A DNA stretch of 64,000 nucleotides, taken from contig CP053449.1 of assembly GCA_013285465.1 (NCBI GenBank), positions 1,634,735 to 1,698,734 of the forward strand, given 5' to 3'. Each line of letters begins with the position of its first letter. Positions within the stretch are counted from its first letter, which is position 1. Made by a program: the position numbers and the translations under genes. The notes under the pieces are model-generated. The model saw only the letters and a program-made list of their open reading frames with translations. It ran no database searches and was not told the origin of the DNA. This stretch comes from Pseudomonadota bacterium. GTDB taxonomy: Bacteria > Pseudomonadota > Alphaproteobacteria > Micavibrionales > CSBR16-224. This document shows positions 37,721 to 47,472 of this stretch, in pieces.

Positions 37721-39155
37721 CCAAATCCTGCGGTACGTCTTCAGGATTTGCCGCCACTTTCAAGCCGATAAAGCCGAGCGGAGTTTTCTTGCGTGCGGCC
37801 CCGACATCAAAAATTGCCTTACCGCCCATACCGGGAAGCAGCTCCTCCTGATAAGATGACATCTCCGCAACGATTTCCGCCGTCTGACTGACCGGATCAA
37901 CTTTACCATGGACACGAATGACATGCGCCGGATATGTTTTACCGCTTTCCTCCACATAAACATCAAACGGCGTGCCGACATTCAGCCAGCGCAGCCAAAC
38001 AGACGGCACCAGAAATTGCAACAGCAGCGGTTCATTTGAAGAAATTTCCATCAACACACGCCCGCGTTCCGCGTATTCATAGGGGCTGGCCAACCTGTTT
38101 GTCACGCGCCCGTCAAACGGCGCCTTGATCGTGCAAAGAGAAATACGTTCTTCAACCTGCGCCAGGCGCGCCTGTTCTTGTGCCACGCTTTCCTGTGCCG
38201 CAATATATTCAATTTCGGATAATGTCCCTAATTTGCGCAATTGCTTTTTGGCTTTCAGTTCGGCATCAGCCAGACGCAGCGCCGCGTTTTTCTCATTGTA
38301 AAGCGCCTCTTCCATCGCACAGTCGAAACGCGCCAAAATATCTGCGGCAGAGAAAACATCACCGTTCTGGAAGGGAAAATCGAGAATTTTACCGCTCATC
38401 AGGCTTGAAATAACGGCCTGTCTGCGCGCGATCAGAACAGATTGCACTTCATGTGTCTCAACAGGTGCGTCGGACAAAGCCGGCAAGGCTTCCGCCGTTG
38501 CCGTTTCTACCGGATTATCCCCTGCTGCAGGCGCAATTTGCGCAAAAGTTTCAATATCATCCAGAACTTTTTGCATCGGGCTGAACTCTGGTGTGTTCTG
38601 CGCTTGCGCCGCACCCATTGCAATAACGGATACGGGTTGTGCAACTATTGTCTCGCGCGGCGAGACAGAGAAGAAAAATTTGCGCGATGATGCAAACTCA
38701 ACGGCTTTTTCCCCAAAGTTGTTAACCTTTTGCACAGCCGTTAGAACCGTATGGGAAGCCCCCAGCGTGAGAGGTGCATAAGCGTCAGCCACCTGTTGTT
38801 TGACCGCTGTCAGATCAGGCGCTTCCAGTTCCGTCACTTTCTGAACAAGCTGTTCCTGCAGAAGCGCCGTTTTCTCAAGTGCTTTCTGTCCCGCATCCCG
38901 CGCAAAAACGCCAAATGCCTGTAGTTTTTGTCCTGCAACGGCAGGCACGCGCCGCCAATCATCCTTATTGAACAAAAGCGGGTCGGACAATACCAGCATT
39001 AACCCCAGAACTGCGCCAAACAACACACAGGCAACAAACAGCGCACGGGTTTTACCCGTCGCCGTTTTGCGCTGCGCCTGTCCTGCGGATTTTCGTCCGA
39101 AGGGGGCGGCCTTGTTTTTTCCTCCCGATGCATCGAGCATAATGTCTCTTCGCAA
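37710..39155 (-). CDS. Membrane-fusion (HlyD family) protein with a long periplasmic spacer
   Basis: N-terminal TM (ALFVACVLFGAVLGLMLVL), a spacer of about 190 aa, then SGKILDFPFQNGDVFSAADILARFD, a coiled coil, and IKAPFDGRVT. Confidence 0.8.
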   Translation of the reverse strand: MRRDIMLDASGGKNKAAPFGRKSAGQAQRKTATGKTRALFVACVLFGAVLGLMLVLSDPLLFNKDDWRRVPAVAGQKLQAFGVFARDAGQKALEKTALLQEQLVQKVTELEAPDLTAVKQQVADAYAPLTLGASHTVLTAVQKVNNFGEKAVEFASSRKFFFSVSPRETIVAQPVSVIAMGAAQAQNTPEFSPMQKVLDDIETFAQIAPAAGDNPVETATAEALPALSDAPVETHEVQSVLIARRQAVISSLMSGKILDFPFQNGDVFSAADILARFDCAMEEALYNEKNAALRLADAELKAKKQLRKLGTLSEIEYIAAQESVAQEQARLAQVEERISLCTIKAPFDGRVTNRLASPYEYAERGRVLMEISSNEPLLLQFLVPSVWLRWLNVGTPFDVYVEESGKTYPAHVIRVHGKVDPVSQTAEIVAEMSSYQEELLPGMGGKAIFDVGAARKKTPLGFIGLKVAANPEDVPQDLGDE

Positions 39156-39178
39156 CCTTTCATTTACCGATGCGGTGT

Positions 39179-40696
39179 TTACAACACCGTATCAAGCTGT
39201 GTCAGGTGATATTTTTCGTCTTCTTTTTTTTGTTCTTCTCCGTCTTGGCTTCCGGCATTCTGCCAAATATCCACGCCCAAGCTGTTCAACATGCGTGCAT
39301 AAGCATGTTGTGCTGCCTGATAGGCAAAACTTCTGTCCCATTGCAGCAGAGCATAATCGAGCTCCGTGTTGAGAACACTTAAATCACTGCCTAGACCCGC
39401 CTCGCGCTTGCGCGTCGCGCTACGCAAAATCTTCCGGTAATTATCCGCCTGTTCATCCATTTTTAAAAACTGGCTGCGGCTTTCTTCCAGCTGCTGTTTT
39501 GCGACATGAACCTGCGCAATCACCGCAACCAACAAGGCATAACGCTGCTTATCAGACAGCGCTTTTTTGTTCTTGGCCTGTTCATAACGCTGCGGCAGTG
39601 TAAACAAATCCATCAGCATTGCGGAAAGCGATACCGAGAAATTCGCCCAGTCCTGATCGGATAGAAAGGAATTCGTATCTTTGTTCAGCCCCAGAAAGAA
39701 GCGCGCACCCGGCAAAACCTCCAGCACAGTGGTTTTGATATCACGCAGGGCGATACGTTCTTTCAAAAAAGCCTCTTTGATTTCAGGGCGGTTCATCAGC
39801 GCTGTTTCCTGCAGCTTTTCGCTGTCCTGCTCCAGCTTGGGAAACTCTGCGGATGTCAGCCAATTTTCCCGCGGCAAATGCAACGTCACTTTATCTTCGG
39901 GTGACAACCCGACCAGTGTCTTCAGCTCCAGCATCGCTTGCGCAACATCGCGGCGCTTTTCCGCCAGCGCGTTGCGCTTGCGAAGCAATTCCTCTTTTTT
40001 CTGCAAACCGCTTTCATACGGGATGACGCCTTTTTGTATGGCCTGTTCCAAATCCGCCAACCGCCCGTCAGATTCTTTCAGCAACGCGGCATGTTTCTCT
40101 GCTGTTTCCTGTTCCGCCGCAGCGCGCCAGAAGGCAACATAGACATCCTGTGCCAGATTTTGCAGCACTTTGCGGCGGCGTTCATGTGCAATCAGCACGC
40201 GATCAGATGCCGTACGTGCATGGGCAACTGTGACGGCGGCATCCAGAATATTCCAGCTCGCTTCCAATTGCGCCGTGCGGCGGTGCCTGTCTGTGGAAAT
40301 GGATGGTTCCAGTGATTGCATTCCCGTTAAAGCCGAACGGCTAGATGACGCACCTGTATTACTGCGTCCCTGATAGGATGCGCCGGCTTCGATCTGCGGC
40401 AACAGGCTCAATTTTTCGATATTGTATTCACCGCTGCGAAGCAGCTCTTCCATCAGCGCGACCTGCACATCCAGATTGCGTTTCACAGCCAGATCAAGCG
40501 CCTGATCCAGCGTCATCTGCAAGATGCCGTCATTTTTCTGTGCGATGACTTCCAAATCGCTGCGCAGTTTTTCCGTGTATTCCCGATCCCCCATCGGCGC
40601 AGTCGCCGTCGAACAGGCCGTCAAAAACAACAGCTCGGACATCAGTAAAAAAAAACTGCCAAGACGAAAAAAATTTATGCTGGAATAAAGACCCAT
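39179..40696 (-). CDS. TolC-like outer membrane efflux lipoprotein (OMF family)
   Basis: Lipoprotein signal with lipobox LLFLTAC. TolC-type N-terminus LTLDQALDLAVKRNLDVQVA and two OEP repeats. ATG at 40696; the longest ORF (TTG) reaches 40717. Confidence 0.85.
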   Translation of the reverse strand: MGLYSSINFFRLGSFFLLMSELLFLTACSTATAPMGDREYTEKLRSDLEVIAQKNDGILQMTLDQALDLAVKRNLDVQVALMEELLRSGEYNIEKLSLLPQIEAGASYQGRSNTGASSSRSALTGMQSLEPSISTDRHRRTAQLEASWNILDAAVTVAHARTASDRVLIAHERRRKVLQNLAQDVYVAFWRAAAEQETAEKHAALLKESDGRLADLEQAIQKGVIPYESGLQKKEELLRKRNALAEKRRDVAQAMLELKTLVGLSPEDKVTLHLPRENWLTSAEFPKLEQDSEKLQETALMNRPEIKEAFLKERIALRDIKTTVLEVLPGARFFLGLNKDTNSFLSDQDWANFSVSLSAMLMDLFTLPQRYEQAKNKKALSDKQRYALLVAVIAQVHVAKQQLEESRSQFLKMDEQADNYRKILRSATRKREAGLGSDLSVLNTELDYALLQWDRSFAYQAAQHAYARMLNSLGVDIWQNAGSQDGEEQKKEDEKYHLTQLDTVL

Positions 40697-40755
40697 AGAG
40701 ACCAAATTTTCTAACAATTAGGGGCGGCAGAGAAGCCGAGCGAAAGCCTAGAGAA

Positions 40756-40769
40756 TGCATAATTATGCA
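40756..40769. promoter_or_regulatory. Perfect 14-bp palindrome TGCATAATTATGCA (operator candidate) just downstream of the putative -10 of the TolC/MFP/M50 operon
   Basis: Perfect dyad at 40756-40769. It extends imperfectly to 22 bp (AGAaTGCATAATTATGCAcTCT). Confidence 0.35.
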
Positions 40770-40776
40770 CTCTTTC

Positions 40777-40804
40777 ATTTTACGCTCTTCTCCATACAGG
40801 TCAA
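40777..40804 (-). promoter_or_regulatory. Sigma70-like promoter candidate for the TolC/MFP/M50 operon (TTGACC-16 nt-TAAAAT)
   Basis: On the minus strand, TTGACC is at 40804-40799 and TAAAAT at 40782-40777, with a 16-nt spacer. It is 80 nt upstream of the ATG at 40696. Confidence 0.4.
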
Positions 40805-40916
40805 TATGTTAGTAATTTTTTAACAATTTATGTGATAAAGGCGACTTAAAAAAAGCCGCCTTTCACGCCCCTGTCCGGCAGAGGCATCGTTAATACGCTG
40901 AAAAACCTTCTTCGCC

Positions 40917-41165
40917 TTAGGCGGCTTCGGTTTTTACGATAATTTCCAGCATTTCGTCTTTCAGCGACAGACGTGTCTTTTTCAGATCTTCCAGACGCTC
41001 GTCACTGGCGGCTTCAATTTCTTTTTCGATGCGTAAAATTTCTTTCGTCACATCTTCATATTCATCGAAAAGCTTTTTAAAATGGGCATCCGCCGTTTTC
41101 AGCGTGTGGATTGCTTCTTTATGTTCCGGCAGTTCATGTACCAAATCGTGATGTTCTTCCAACAT
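40917..41165 (-). CDS. DUF465 (YdcH-like) family protein
   Basis: 82-aa coiled-coil protein with HHDLVHELPEHKEAIHTLKTADAHFKKLFDEY, typical of DUF465. Confidence 0.85.
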   Translation of the reverse strand: MLEEHHDLVHELPEHKEAIHTLKTADAHFKKLFDEYEDVTKEILRIEKEIEAASDERLEDLKKTRLSLKDEMLEIIVKTEAA

Positions 41166-41245
41166 AGTGTTTTCCTTTCATTTGCGGTGATTCCAAGGGA
41201 GTTTAAAGCCTGCGGCCTCAAAAATAAAGCATTATGACAGAAAAA

Positions 41246-42502
41246 TCACGCCATCATCCCAAAACGGCGGATAGCTTCATAACCCAGCCCCAGACCGACA
41301 CTAGACAGCTTATTCTCCTCAGATATCTCCGCCTGTGGAAATTTGGCTGCGATTGTTTCTTTCAACAATGGTACCTCTGTCGTACCGCCCGTCAAAATAA
41401 TCAATTCCACCGCCTCTTCTGCGATTTGCGCCTGCCGCAAACAATCATCAATATCGGCAATAATCGCACGCACATGTTTCTCCACCGCATCATTAAAAAC
41501 GCTGCGCGCCACAGTAACGGAAAACGCCTCCTCTACAAAATCAAGCGATGCCGTCACTTGCAAATGCTCCGTCAGTCCGATTTTACAATCTTCAACCGCC
41601 GCCAAGAGCTGATGGCCTTTTTCCTCCTCCAGCAATTTGATATAGCGTGAAAACTTTTCCGGCGCATGTGACTGCGGCAAAATATCCCGCATCTGCTTGT
41701 GCATTTTCGGCGTGTATAAAAAGTTGATTTTCGACCATTCGGACATGTCATGGAACGGCACAGCCGGAAGCGGTAGGTTTTTCTCGCCGTAATCCGTGCC
41801 GTATCCGAAATCGGGCATGAAGGCACGCAGACTTAAATCCTTGTCAAAATCATTTCCGCCAATACGGATACCGGAATTGCCGAGAATGTCATCCGTGCGG
41901 TCAGCTTTATCCATCACATCCTGCGCCAGACGAATGACGGTAAAATCCGATGTACCGCCTCCGATATCGGCAACAAGTGCCAGTTTTTCAGATGGAAGAT
42001 TTCTTTCATGCGCAAAAGCGGCCGCGATCGGTTCATACTGAAAAGCGACATGTTTAAACCCGACGGCTTGCGCGATATTCTGCAATTCGTCCTGCGCACG
42101 ACTATCGGTTTTGCTGTCATTATCGGCGAAATGCACGGGTCTGCCCATAACGACATTTATCATTTCAACGCCGCTGTGCTGCTCTGCCACAGCTTTCATA
42201 TGGCCGATAAAATCACCCAGAACATCTTCAAATTTCTTCAGCTTTCCATTTACCACCGTGCCGTCATTCATCAGGCTGGTACCCAGAATACGTTTCAGAC
42301 TGCGCATGAAACGCCCCTCTTCCCCCTCCATAAAAAGCTGCATCGCCTGTTTGCCGAAACAGGGCTGCGGCGCAACGGCAGAATAGAAAACGGCACTCGG
42401 AATCGTTATGCCGTCCTCTTCCAGAGGCACAAGCGTCACGGCGCGTTCCCTGCAAAGGGCAAGCGTTGAATTCGAGGTTCCAAAATCAAGACCGCAATTC
42501 AT
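41246..42502 (-). CDS. Hsp70-family ATPase (YegD-like)
   Basis: GLDFGTSNS phosphate-1 motif, DIGGGTSDFT phosphate-2 and LTGGTTEVP. About 420 aa with no substrate-binding domain. Confidence 0.88.
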   Translation of the reverse strand: MNCGLDFGTSNSTLALCRERAVTLVPLEEDGITIPSAVFYSAVAPQPCFGKQAMQLFMEGEEGRFMRSLKRILGTSLMNDGTVVNGKLKKFEDVLGDFIGHMKAVAEQHSGVEMINVVMGRPVHFADNDSKTDSRAQDELQNIAQAVGFKHVAFQYEPIAAAFAHERNLPSEKLALVADIGGGTSDFTVIRLAQDVMDKADRTDDILGNSGIRIGGNDFDKDLSLRAFMPDFGYGTDYGEKNLPLPAVPFHDMSEWSKINFLYTPKMHKQMRDILPQSHAPEKFSRYIKLLEEEKGHQLLAAVEDCKIGLTEHLQVTASLDFVEEAFSVTVARSVFNDAVEKHVRAIIADIDDCLRQAQIAEEAVELIILTGGTTEVPLLKETIAAKFPQAEISEENKLSSVGLGLGYEAIRRFGMMA

Positions 42503-42663
42503 TGAAATAACTGTTCTGTTTGATGGCAGCGCAAATGCCTTTCATAGATAGGAAGGATGGCCGCATTTGTCAAGCAGGGGTACGGAGGAGGCTGCATATA
42601 GGGCTGGCGCAACCTGAAATATCTCATCTATAATCACAGACAGTATAATGACAATCTTGTAGC

Positions 42664-43311
42664 ATGGTTTCAAATATGCCGGATTTTACAGTTTTCGACA
42701 AAACAATACTGGTCACAATTGCCAGCGCAGCGGCAGCATTCCTTATTGTTCTGGGTGTCGGGCTGACGCTTGTCAAAAACAAAAGCCGGACAGAACTGAA
42801 GCGCCAAAAAACACGCGGCGGCAAGGAATGGCAAAATGCCCGCCAAAAAATACGCTTTTTCCGTTTCAAAAATGCGCGTGAAATACTGATTATTTTTTCA
42901 CTGCTGGCACTGATCGCTCTGGGGAAATTTCTGGAACCGTCCCCGCCTGCCGCAGATACACACAGCGCCAAAGACGGCAAAAGCAGCAGCACAATTTTCT
43001 GCCATTCCCCCTACATTATTGACGGCGATACTTTCGACTGTATCGGCACGCGCATACGTCTGACGGGGATTGATGCGCCGGAAATGCCCGACCATTGCAG
43101 AGCCGGGCGACGCTGTACCAAAGGCGATCCCTTTGCCGCAAAAGATCATCTGAAGACTTTAACAACGGGCTGGGTAAAATGCCACGCCATCGAAATTGAC
43201 CATTACGGGCGCACCATTGCCCGTTGCACTGTAAAGGATATCGATCTTTCCTGCGCGATGATCGCCTCCGGCCATGCCGTCCGGCGTTACAGCCGTATTT
43301 CCTGCCCTTAA
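42664..43311 (+). CDS. Thermonuclease (SNase-like) family protein with an N-terminal membrane anchor
   Basis: TM ILVTIASAAAAFLIVLGVGL. Nuclease motifs IIDGDTFDC...IRLTGIDAPE and DHYGRTIARC. Confidence 0.8.
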   Translation: MVSNMPDFTVFDKTILVTIASAAAAFLIVLGVGLTLVKNKSRTELKRQKTRGGKEWQNARQKIRFFRFKNAREILIIFSLLALIALGKFLEPSPPAADTHSAKDGKSSSTIFCHSPYIIDGDTFDCIGTRIRLTGIDAPEMPDHCRAGRRCTKGDPFAAKDHLKTLTTGWVKCHAIEIDHYGRTIARCTVKDIDLSCAMIASGHAVRRYSRISCP

Positions 43312-43320
43312 GTCCGGCAA

Positions 43321-46300
43321 TCAGAAACTGCCGACAATATTGAAGAAAACACCGCGGCTTTGATAATCAAGATTGGTCAGATCATCCGAGAAATCCGTGA
43401 AGTTATAACCGACGCCCAGTTTGACATTCTCGTTAAAATGCCGGTACACGCCGATCAAGCCGCCGGCTTTTGCGTCACCGGCATCTTTGGCATCAAGATA
43501 GCGCAGCTCACCCGTCACATCCCATTCATGCACCACATGCCAGTCAGCACGTGCCACGCCCAGCCATGCCGTGCTACTGAACCACGGCGTACCTGCCGCC
43601 GTCGTATCACGCAATTCGCCGACACGGTATCCCAACTTGCCGCCCACCGATAGTTTAGGAAACAGATCATAAATAAAATCGCCCGAGAAGACATGACTGC
43701 GCTGTTCATAGCCGTTTGCAGCACCTGTGCCAGAGACTTGCCCCGGGCTACCCTCATCAGACAAATAAGTGTAACGCACCAGCGCATTCAATTTGTCGTT
43801 CAAAACGGGGCGGTAGCCAAAGCCCATATTCAGCTCGGTAAAATTCGCATCCGTCGTGCTACCTGTACCCGCATCGCTGAGAGCAACATCCAGTCCGCCC
43901 GAGAAACGCCAATCTTCCGAAACCTGATAGGCCAGCGTATTTTTCATCAGCCATGATGTTCTGTCACCTGTCGTATTGCCGCTTTCTTCGCGCCATTCCA
44001 GCGTACCGCCATAGCGGACTTTATCGCGGGTATAACCTGCGGAGACGGAGGCCGCAATCCGGTCAAGATCACCGGTTGCCGGGTCAGAGGTTTTTCCGGT
44101 TTCAAATTTACCGCCCCATGTCCAGCGGTCGCTGGCAGCAAGGTCCAGCCCCATCGCATGCATAATGCCGGACTGCCCCTGCTGCGCATGCAGATAACGC
44201 TGCTCGGAAAATACCGACAAATTATCAGTATAGCGGGAGCGCGTTCCCGCCACGAGCGTATTGCTGCGCCCGTTATTGCCCGTATCAGTGCGCCCTGTGT
44301 CAGACAGATAATTGATATAATGGCTGGTACGGTCGTCCACACGGTAATCCAGCCCCGCCTTGCCGCCGAGACCGTCATCGCCGCCTGTCAGTTCGCCGCT
44401 GATTTCCAGCCGGTCATTCAGGCGGAATAAACCGCCGCCGCCGTAACGGTCATTGCCCAGCCGCGTCGTATCACGGTGCAGCGTTGTTTGCGCAAGGCCG
44501 TAAATTTCGTAACGCCCCGGCGTGCCCTCTTCCGTCAACGGCGCATAACCAAGTTTTACAAGCGCGTCCGTCCGCTGCCCTGTTTGCGCCAGCACCGTAC
44601 TACCGCCTGCCGCCAGCGCCGTATCACGGTCATCATGCCGCGCGCCGAATGTCAGCGTTGTTTCCTGTGACAATGCGTAATCCACACCCGCCTCGACCGC
44701 TTTATAACTGCCGGTCGTTTTGCCTTCCTTGAAATCGGCCTTCGCTGTGAAATCCAGCCTGTCCGACACCGGCAGACGGAGCATACCGCCTGATTGTTCT
44801 ACGCCTTCATTTGTCAGCTGCCCCGGCGCGGAAAAGCCGTTTTGCCTGTTCAGCCAATATCCCGATAATGTCCCGTTTTGTCTGCCATCCGTCAGTTCGG
44901 CAAAATCAGCGGCAATCTCTATACGGTGCGCATCCGCATCAATACCCGCCGTTCCCGTTTGCGGGATAGCGCCAAAATTGAAACCGCCATTCTGTGAGGA
45001 CATGCCGCCTGTTCCCGGACCGTCAGAACGTGCGGTTTCCAGTTTTAGATATGTGCCGGGTTTGTAACGCAGCGTCATATCCGCCCCCAAAAGGCTTTGC
45101 TGCCTGCCTGTACCTTTTTGTTCATAACCTGATGCGCCAACCCGCAGATGATCATTCACCCAATGGCTGACGCGCCCGCCTTTTGTCATGTTATCAACGG
45201 AAGAAACGCCGGGGGTAAATTCATAGCCCGCGACAAGATAAACCGGATTGCCGCCTTGTGTGCCGTTCAGGATGAAGGCGGAAATACCCGCCGTTGATTC
45301 CAGCGGCGTGCTTAAAATAACGCGCCCTTGAATATAATTGATGTCGTAATCCTGTCCGTAAATCAGTGTTTTGGATTCCAGTACGATACCTGAATCCTGA
45401 TCGCGCACCTCAACACGCAGCCTTTCCGAGCCGATGACCAAATCCTGATTGCGCAAATAGTAAAGTGACCCGCCCGTGCCGCGGAATTCTTCAATCGCAT
45501 CTAATGTGCCGGGATCGGCCGCGAACAGATCAAGCTCCGTACGTTTTTCACCGAAAGCCGTTGTTGTCATACTGCCGTGATGCGCTTCGGCACCGTAAAG
45601 CGTACGGCTGAAATTCATCAGATCGGTTCCCGTCAATCGGGTCTGAAAACTGCCCCATAGAACTTTCGTATCGTTTTTTTCAACCTTCACATAGAATTTT
45701 CCCAAAGTCGGCGCATCTTCGATCAGCGTGGAATCATCGCCGTAAACCGGATAATAAGCACTAGGGTCAAGGCGGCGCAGCAGGCTGCGGGCATCTTTTT
45801 CATCGAATTGCGAAAAAATATCCTCAAGCGGTTTTTCCTGTGTATCGGCGCTGGAAGTCACTTGCCAGCCATTCTTCAATTTGCCTTTGGTGTAATAGGC
45901 CAAACGCCCTTCGGCATATAGTTTTTCATTATAGCGATCGCTGTTTTTTCCGGTCACCAGCGCCGCCGGGCCTTTCACATCATTCAGCCCCATCGTCAGA
46001 TCCGCAATCCCGACAGTGAACCATTCCTGCGACGGAATATTGATATGACGATTGAATTCCGCACGGCCGCCATCCGTTTTTTCAAGCACCACATCAACAT
46101 CGTGATCGCCTGCGGGCAGTATCTGCTCCACGGCAAATTTACCCTGCGTATCCACCGGAACCGGCTGCCCCATTACCAGAACCGTTTCCCCTGCGGCGAT
46201 ACCATCACCATTCACCGTCACCGTGCCGCCATGAACCGGAATATTGCGCAAACCGATATGGTTCTCCCCATATCCCGTCAACATCTCGCGTGTTTTGCCT

Positions 46301-47472
46301 TCATCGGGCTGTGCGCCACGCCGCGCATCCAGAATATCCATCACTTTCGGCGTCGTTTCGTCGAAACGACCTTTCCCGTCATAGACGCGCAGCAAATATT
46401 TTACCGCCGTCAGAGTATTATCCTGCGGCACTGCCCATGTAATTTCGCCAAAAGAACCATCAAAAGGCAGAACAGCCAGCGGCGGTTTATCTGTTGAGAC
46501 ACCTTCCTTGAAAATCCGCAATTCCGCTTTTTTGATAAAGGCGCGGTAATTTGTATAGGGAAGGAAAGAAACCGTCTCCCCTCTGACCGCGCCCTCCGGC
46601 CAGACCGTCACATTCAGAACAGGCTCAATCTCCAGCCCGTCAAAACGCAGCTGAATATCCGCTTTTTCAAGTGCGATATCCGTGCAACGCGTTACATCCG
46701 CGCTATTGGGAACATCTTCTCCCGGAGCCGTTTCGCCATCAATGGAAATACGGAACGGCAAATCACTATCCTGCGCAGGCGCATCTTTGCACACCCCCGC
46801 CTGCGGCACAGCATAAGCGGCTGTTTTATACCAGACGCGTAGCTCCGCGCGACGATCATCAGCCATGCAATCCTGATAATCCAGCTGCGCCTGTTCCGGC
46901 GTTTCCGCACCAGCCATATCCAGCTGACATTCCGTCGCCGCCGCACTGTCTCCCATCCCTGTGATGCGCACAGGCACATTCTGCCATGCCTCCAATTCAC
47001 GCAGATAGGCGGCAACTTCTTTCGCACGGGCAACGGAGAGAGCATGGTTATCAGCATAATATTTGCGCGACTCTTTTGATAAAGGCTGTTTATCGGTATA
47101 GCCGACAATCTCGGCGCGCTCGATCTCTCGTCCCTGCAGCTCTGTAGCAAGATGTGTCAGCGAGGCTTTTCCCGCATCCGATAATTGATGCCGCCCCGAT
47201 GCGAAATACGGCACATCAGCATTCCCCAATTTGGAAATCTCAGCCTTTTTGCGCCACAATACCAACACTTCATCCGCAGGACGGCGGTATTCCGTATCTG
47301 GTGGCACAGCGCGTTTCACAACCCGCGAGACCATCGCCGTTTTTCCCGGCTGATCCAGCGGCGGGCAAGTGTCGCAATCCTCCCCGATCGCCGGCGAATT
47401 CCCTGCCAGAAATGCGACGGCAACACCGGTCAGTAAAAGATATTTCGATGCGGCGCGGGAGAATATCATCAT
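43321..47472 (-). CDS. Very large outer-membrane protein: signal peptide, N-proximal OmpA-like domain and a C-terminal beta-barrel
   Basis: Signal peptide (LLLTGVAVAFLAGNSPA). OmpA-like segment FASGRHQLSDAGKASL...IVGYTDKQP...NHALSVARAKEVAAYL. Long alternating-hydrophobic beta-strand region ending in the OMP signature ...FFNIVGSF. The ATG overlaps the upstream stop as ATGA. Confidence 0.8.
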   Translation of the reverse strand: MMIFSRAASKYLLLTGVAVAFLAGNSPAIGEDCDTCPPLDQPGKTAMVSRVVKRAVPPDTEYRRPADEVLVLWRKKAEISKLGNADVPYFASGRHQLSDAGKASLTHLATELQGREIERAEIVGYTDKQPLSKESRKYYADNHALSVARAKEVAAYLRELEAWQNVPVRITGMGDSAAATECQLDMAGAETPEQAQLDYQDCMADDRRAELRVWYKTAAYAVPQAGVCKDAPAQDSDLPFRISIDGETAPGEDVPNSADVTRCTDIALEKADIQLRFDGLEIEPVLNVTVWPEGAVRGETVSFLPYTNYRAFIKKAELRIFKEGVSTDKPPLAVLPFDGSFGEITWAVPQDNTLTAVKYLLRVYDGKGRFDETTPKVMDILDARRGAQPDEGKTREMLTGYGENHIGLRNIPVHGGTVTVNGDGIAAGETVLVMGQPVPVDTQGKFAVEQILPAGDHDVDVVLEKTDGGRAEFNRHINIPSQEWFTVGIADLTMGLNDVKGPAALVTGKNSDRYNEKLYAEGRLAYYTKGKLKNGWQVTSSADTQEKPLEDIFSQFDEKDARSLLRRLDPSAYYPVYGDDSTLIEDAPTLGKFYVKVEKNDTKVLWGSFQTRLTGTDLMNFSRTLYGAEAHHGSMTTTAFGEKRTELDLFAADPGTLDAIEEFRGTGGSLYYLRNQDLVIGSERLRVEVRDQDSGIVLESKTLIYGQDYDINYIQGRVILSTPLESTAGISAFILNGTQGGNPVYLVAGYEFTPGVSSVDNMTKGGRVSHWVNDHLRVGASGYEQKGTGRQQSLLGADMTLRYKPGTYLKLETARSDGPGTGGMSSQNGGFNFGAIPQTGTAGIDADAHRIEIAADFAELTDGRQNGTLSGYWLNRQNGFSAPGQLTNEGVEQSGGMLRLPVSDRLDFTAKADFKEGKTTGSYKAVEAGVDYALSQETTLTFGARHDDRDTALAAGGSTVLAQTGQRTDALVKLGYAPLTEEGTPGRYEIYGLAQTTLHRDTTRLGNDRYGGGGLFRLNDRLEISGELTGGDDGLGGKAGLDYRVDDRTSHYINYLSDTGRTDTGNNGRSNTLVAGTRSRYTDNLSVFSEQRYLHAQQGQSGIMHAMGLDLAASDRWTWGGKFETGKTSDPATGDLDRIAASVSAGYTRDKVRYGGTLEWREESGNTTGDRTSWLMKNTLAYQVSEDWRFSGGLDVALSDAGTGSTTDANFTELNMGFGYRPVLNDKLNALVRYTYLSDEGSPGQVSGTGAANGYEQRSHVFSGDFIYDLFPKLSVGGKLGYRVGELRDTTAAGTPWFSSTAWLGVARADWHVVHEWDVTGELRYLDAKDAGDAKAGGLIGVYRHFNENVKLGVGYNFTDFSDDLTNLDYQSRGVFFNIVGSF

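Noticed and set aside
40530-40778. 82-aa minus-strand ORF upstream of and overlapping the TolC-like gene, considered as a possible precursor peptide for the M50 system.
   Set aside because: It overlaps the TolC signal-peptide coding region out of frame for most of its length, has no RBS, and shows no leader/core organisation. No other small ORF with a plausible RBS lies in 40718-40916 or 34153-34249.
41246-43311. Hsp70-like ATPase plus a membrane-anchored thermonuclease as a two-gene toxin or defence pair.
   Set aside because: The genes are divergently oriented with a 161-nt gap, and both belong to widespread stand-alone families. Nothing in the sequence links them.
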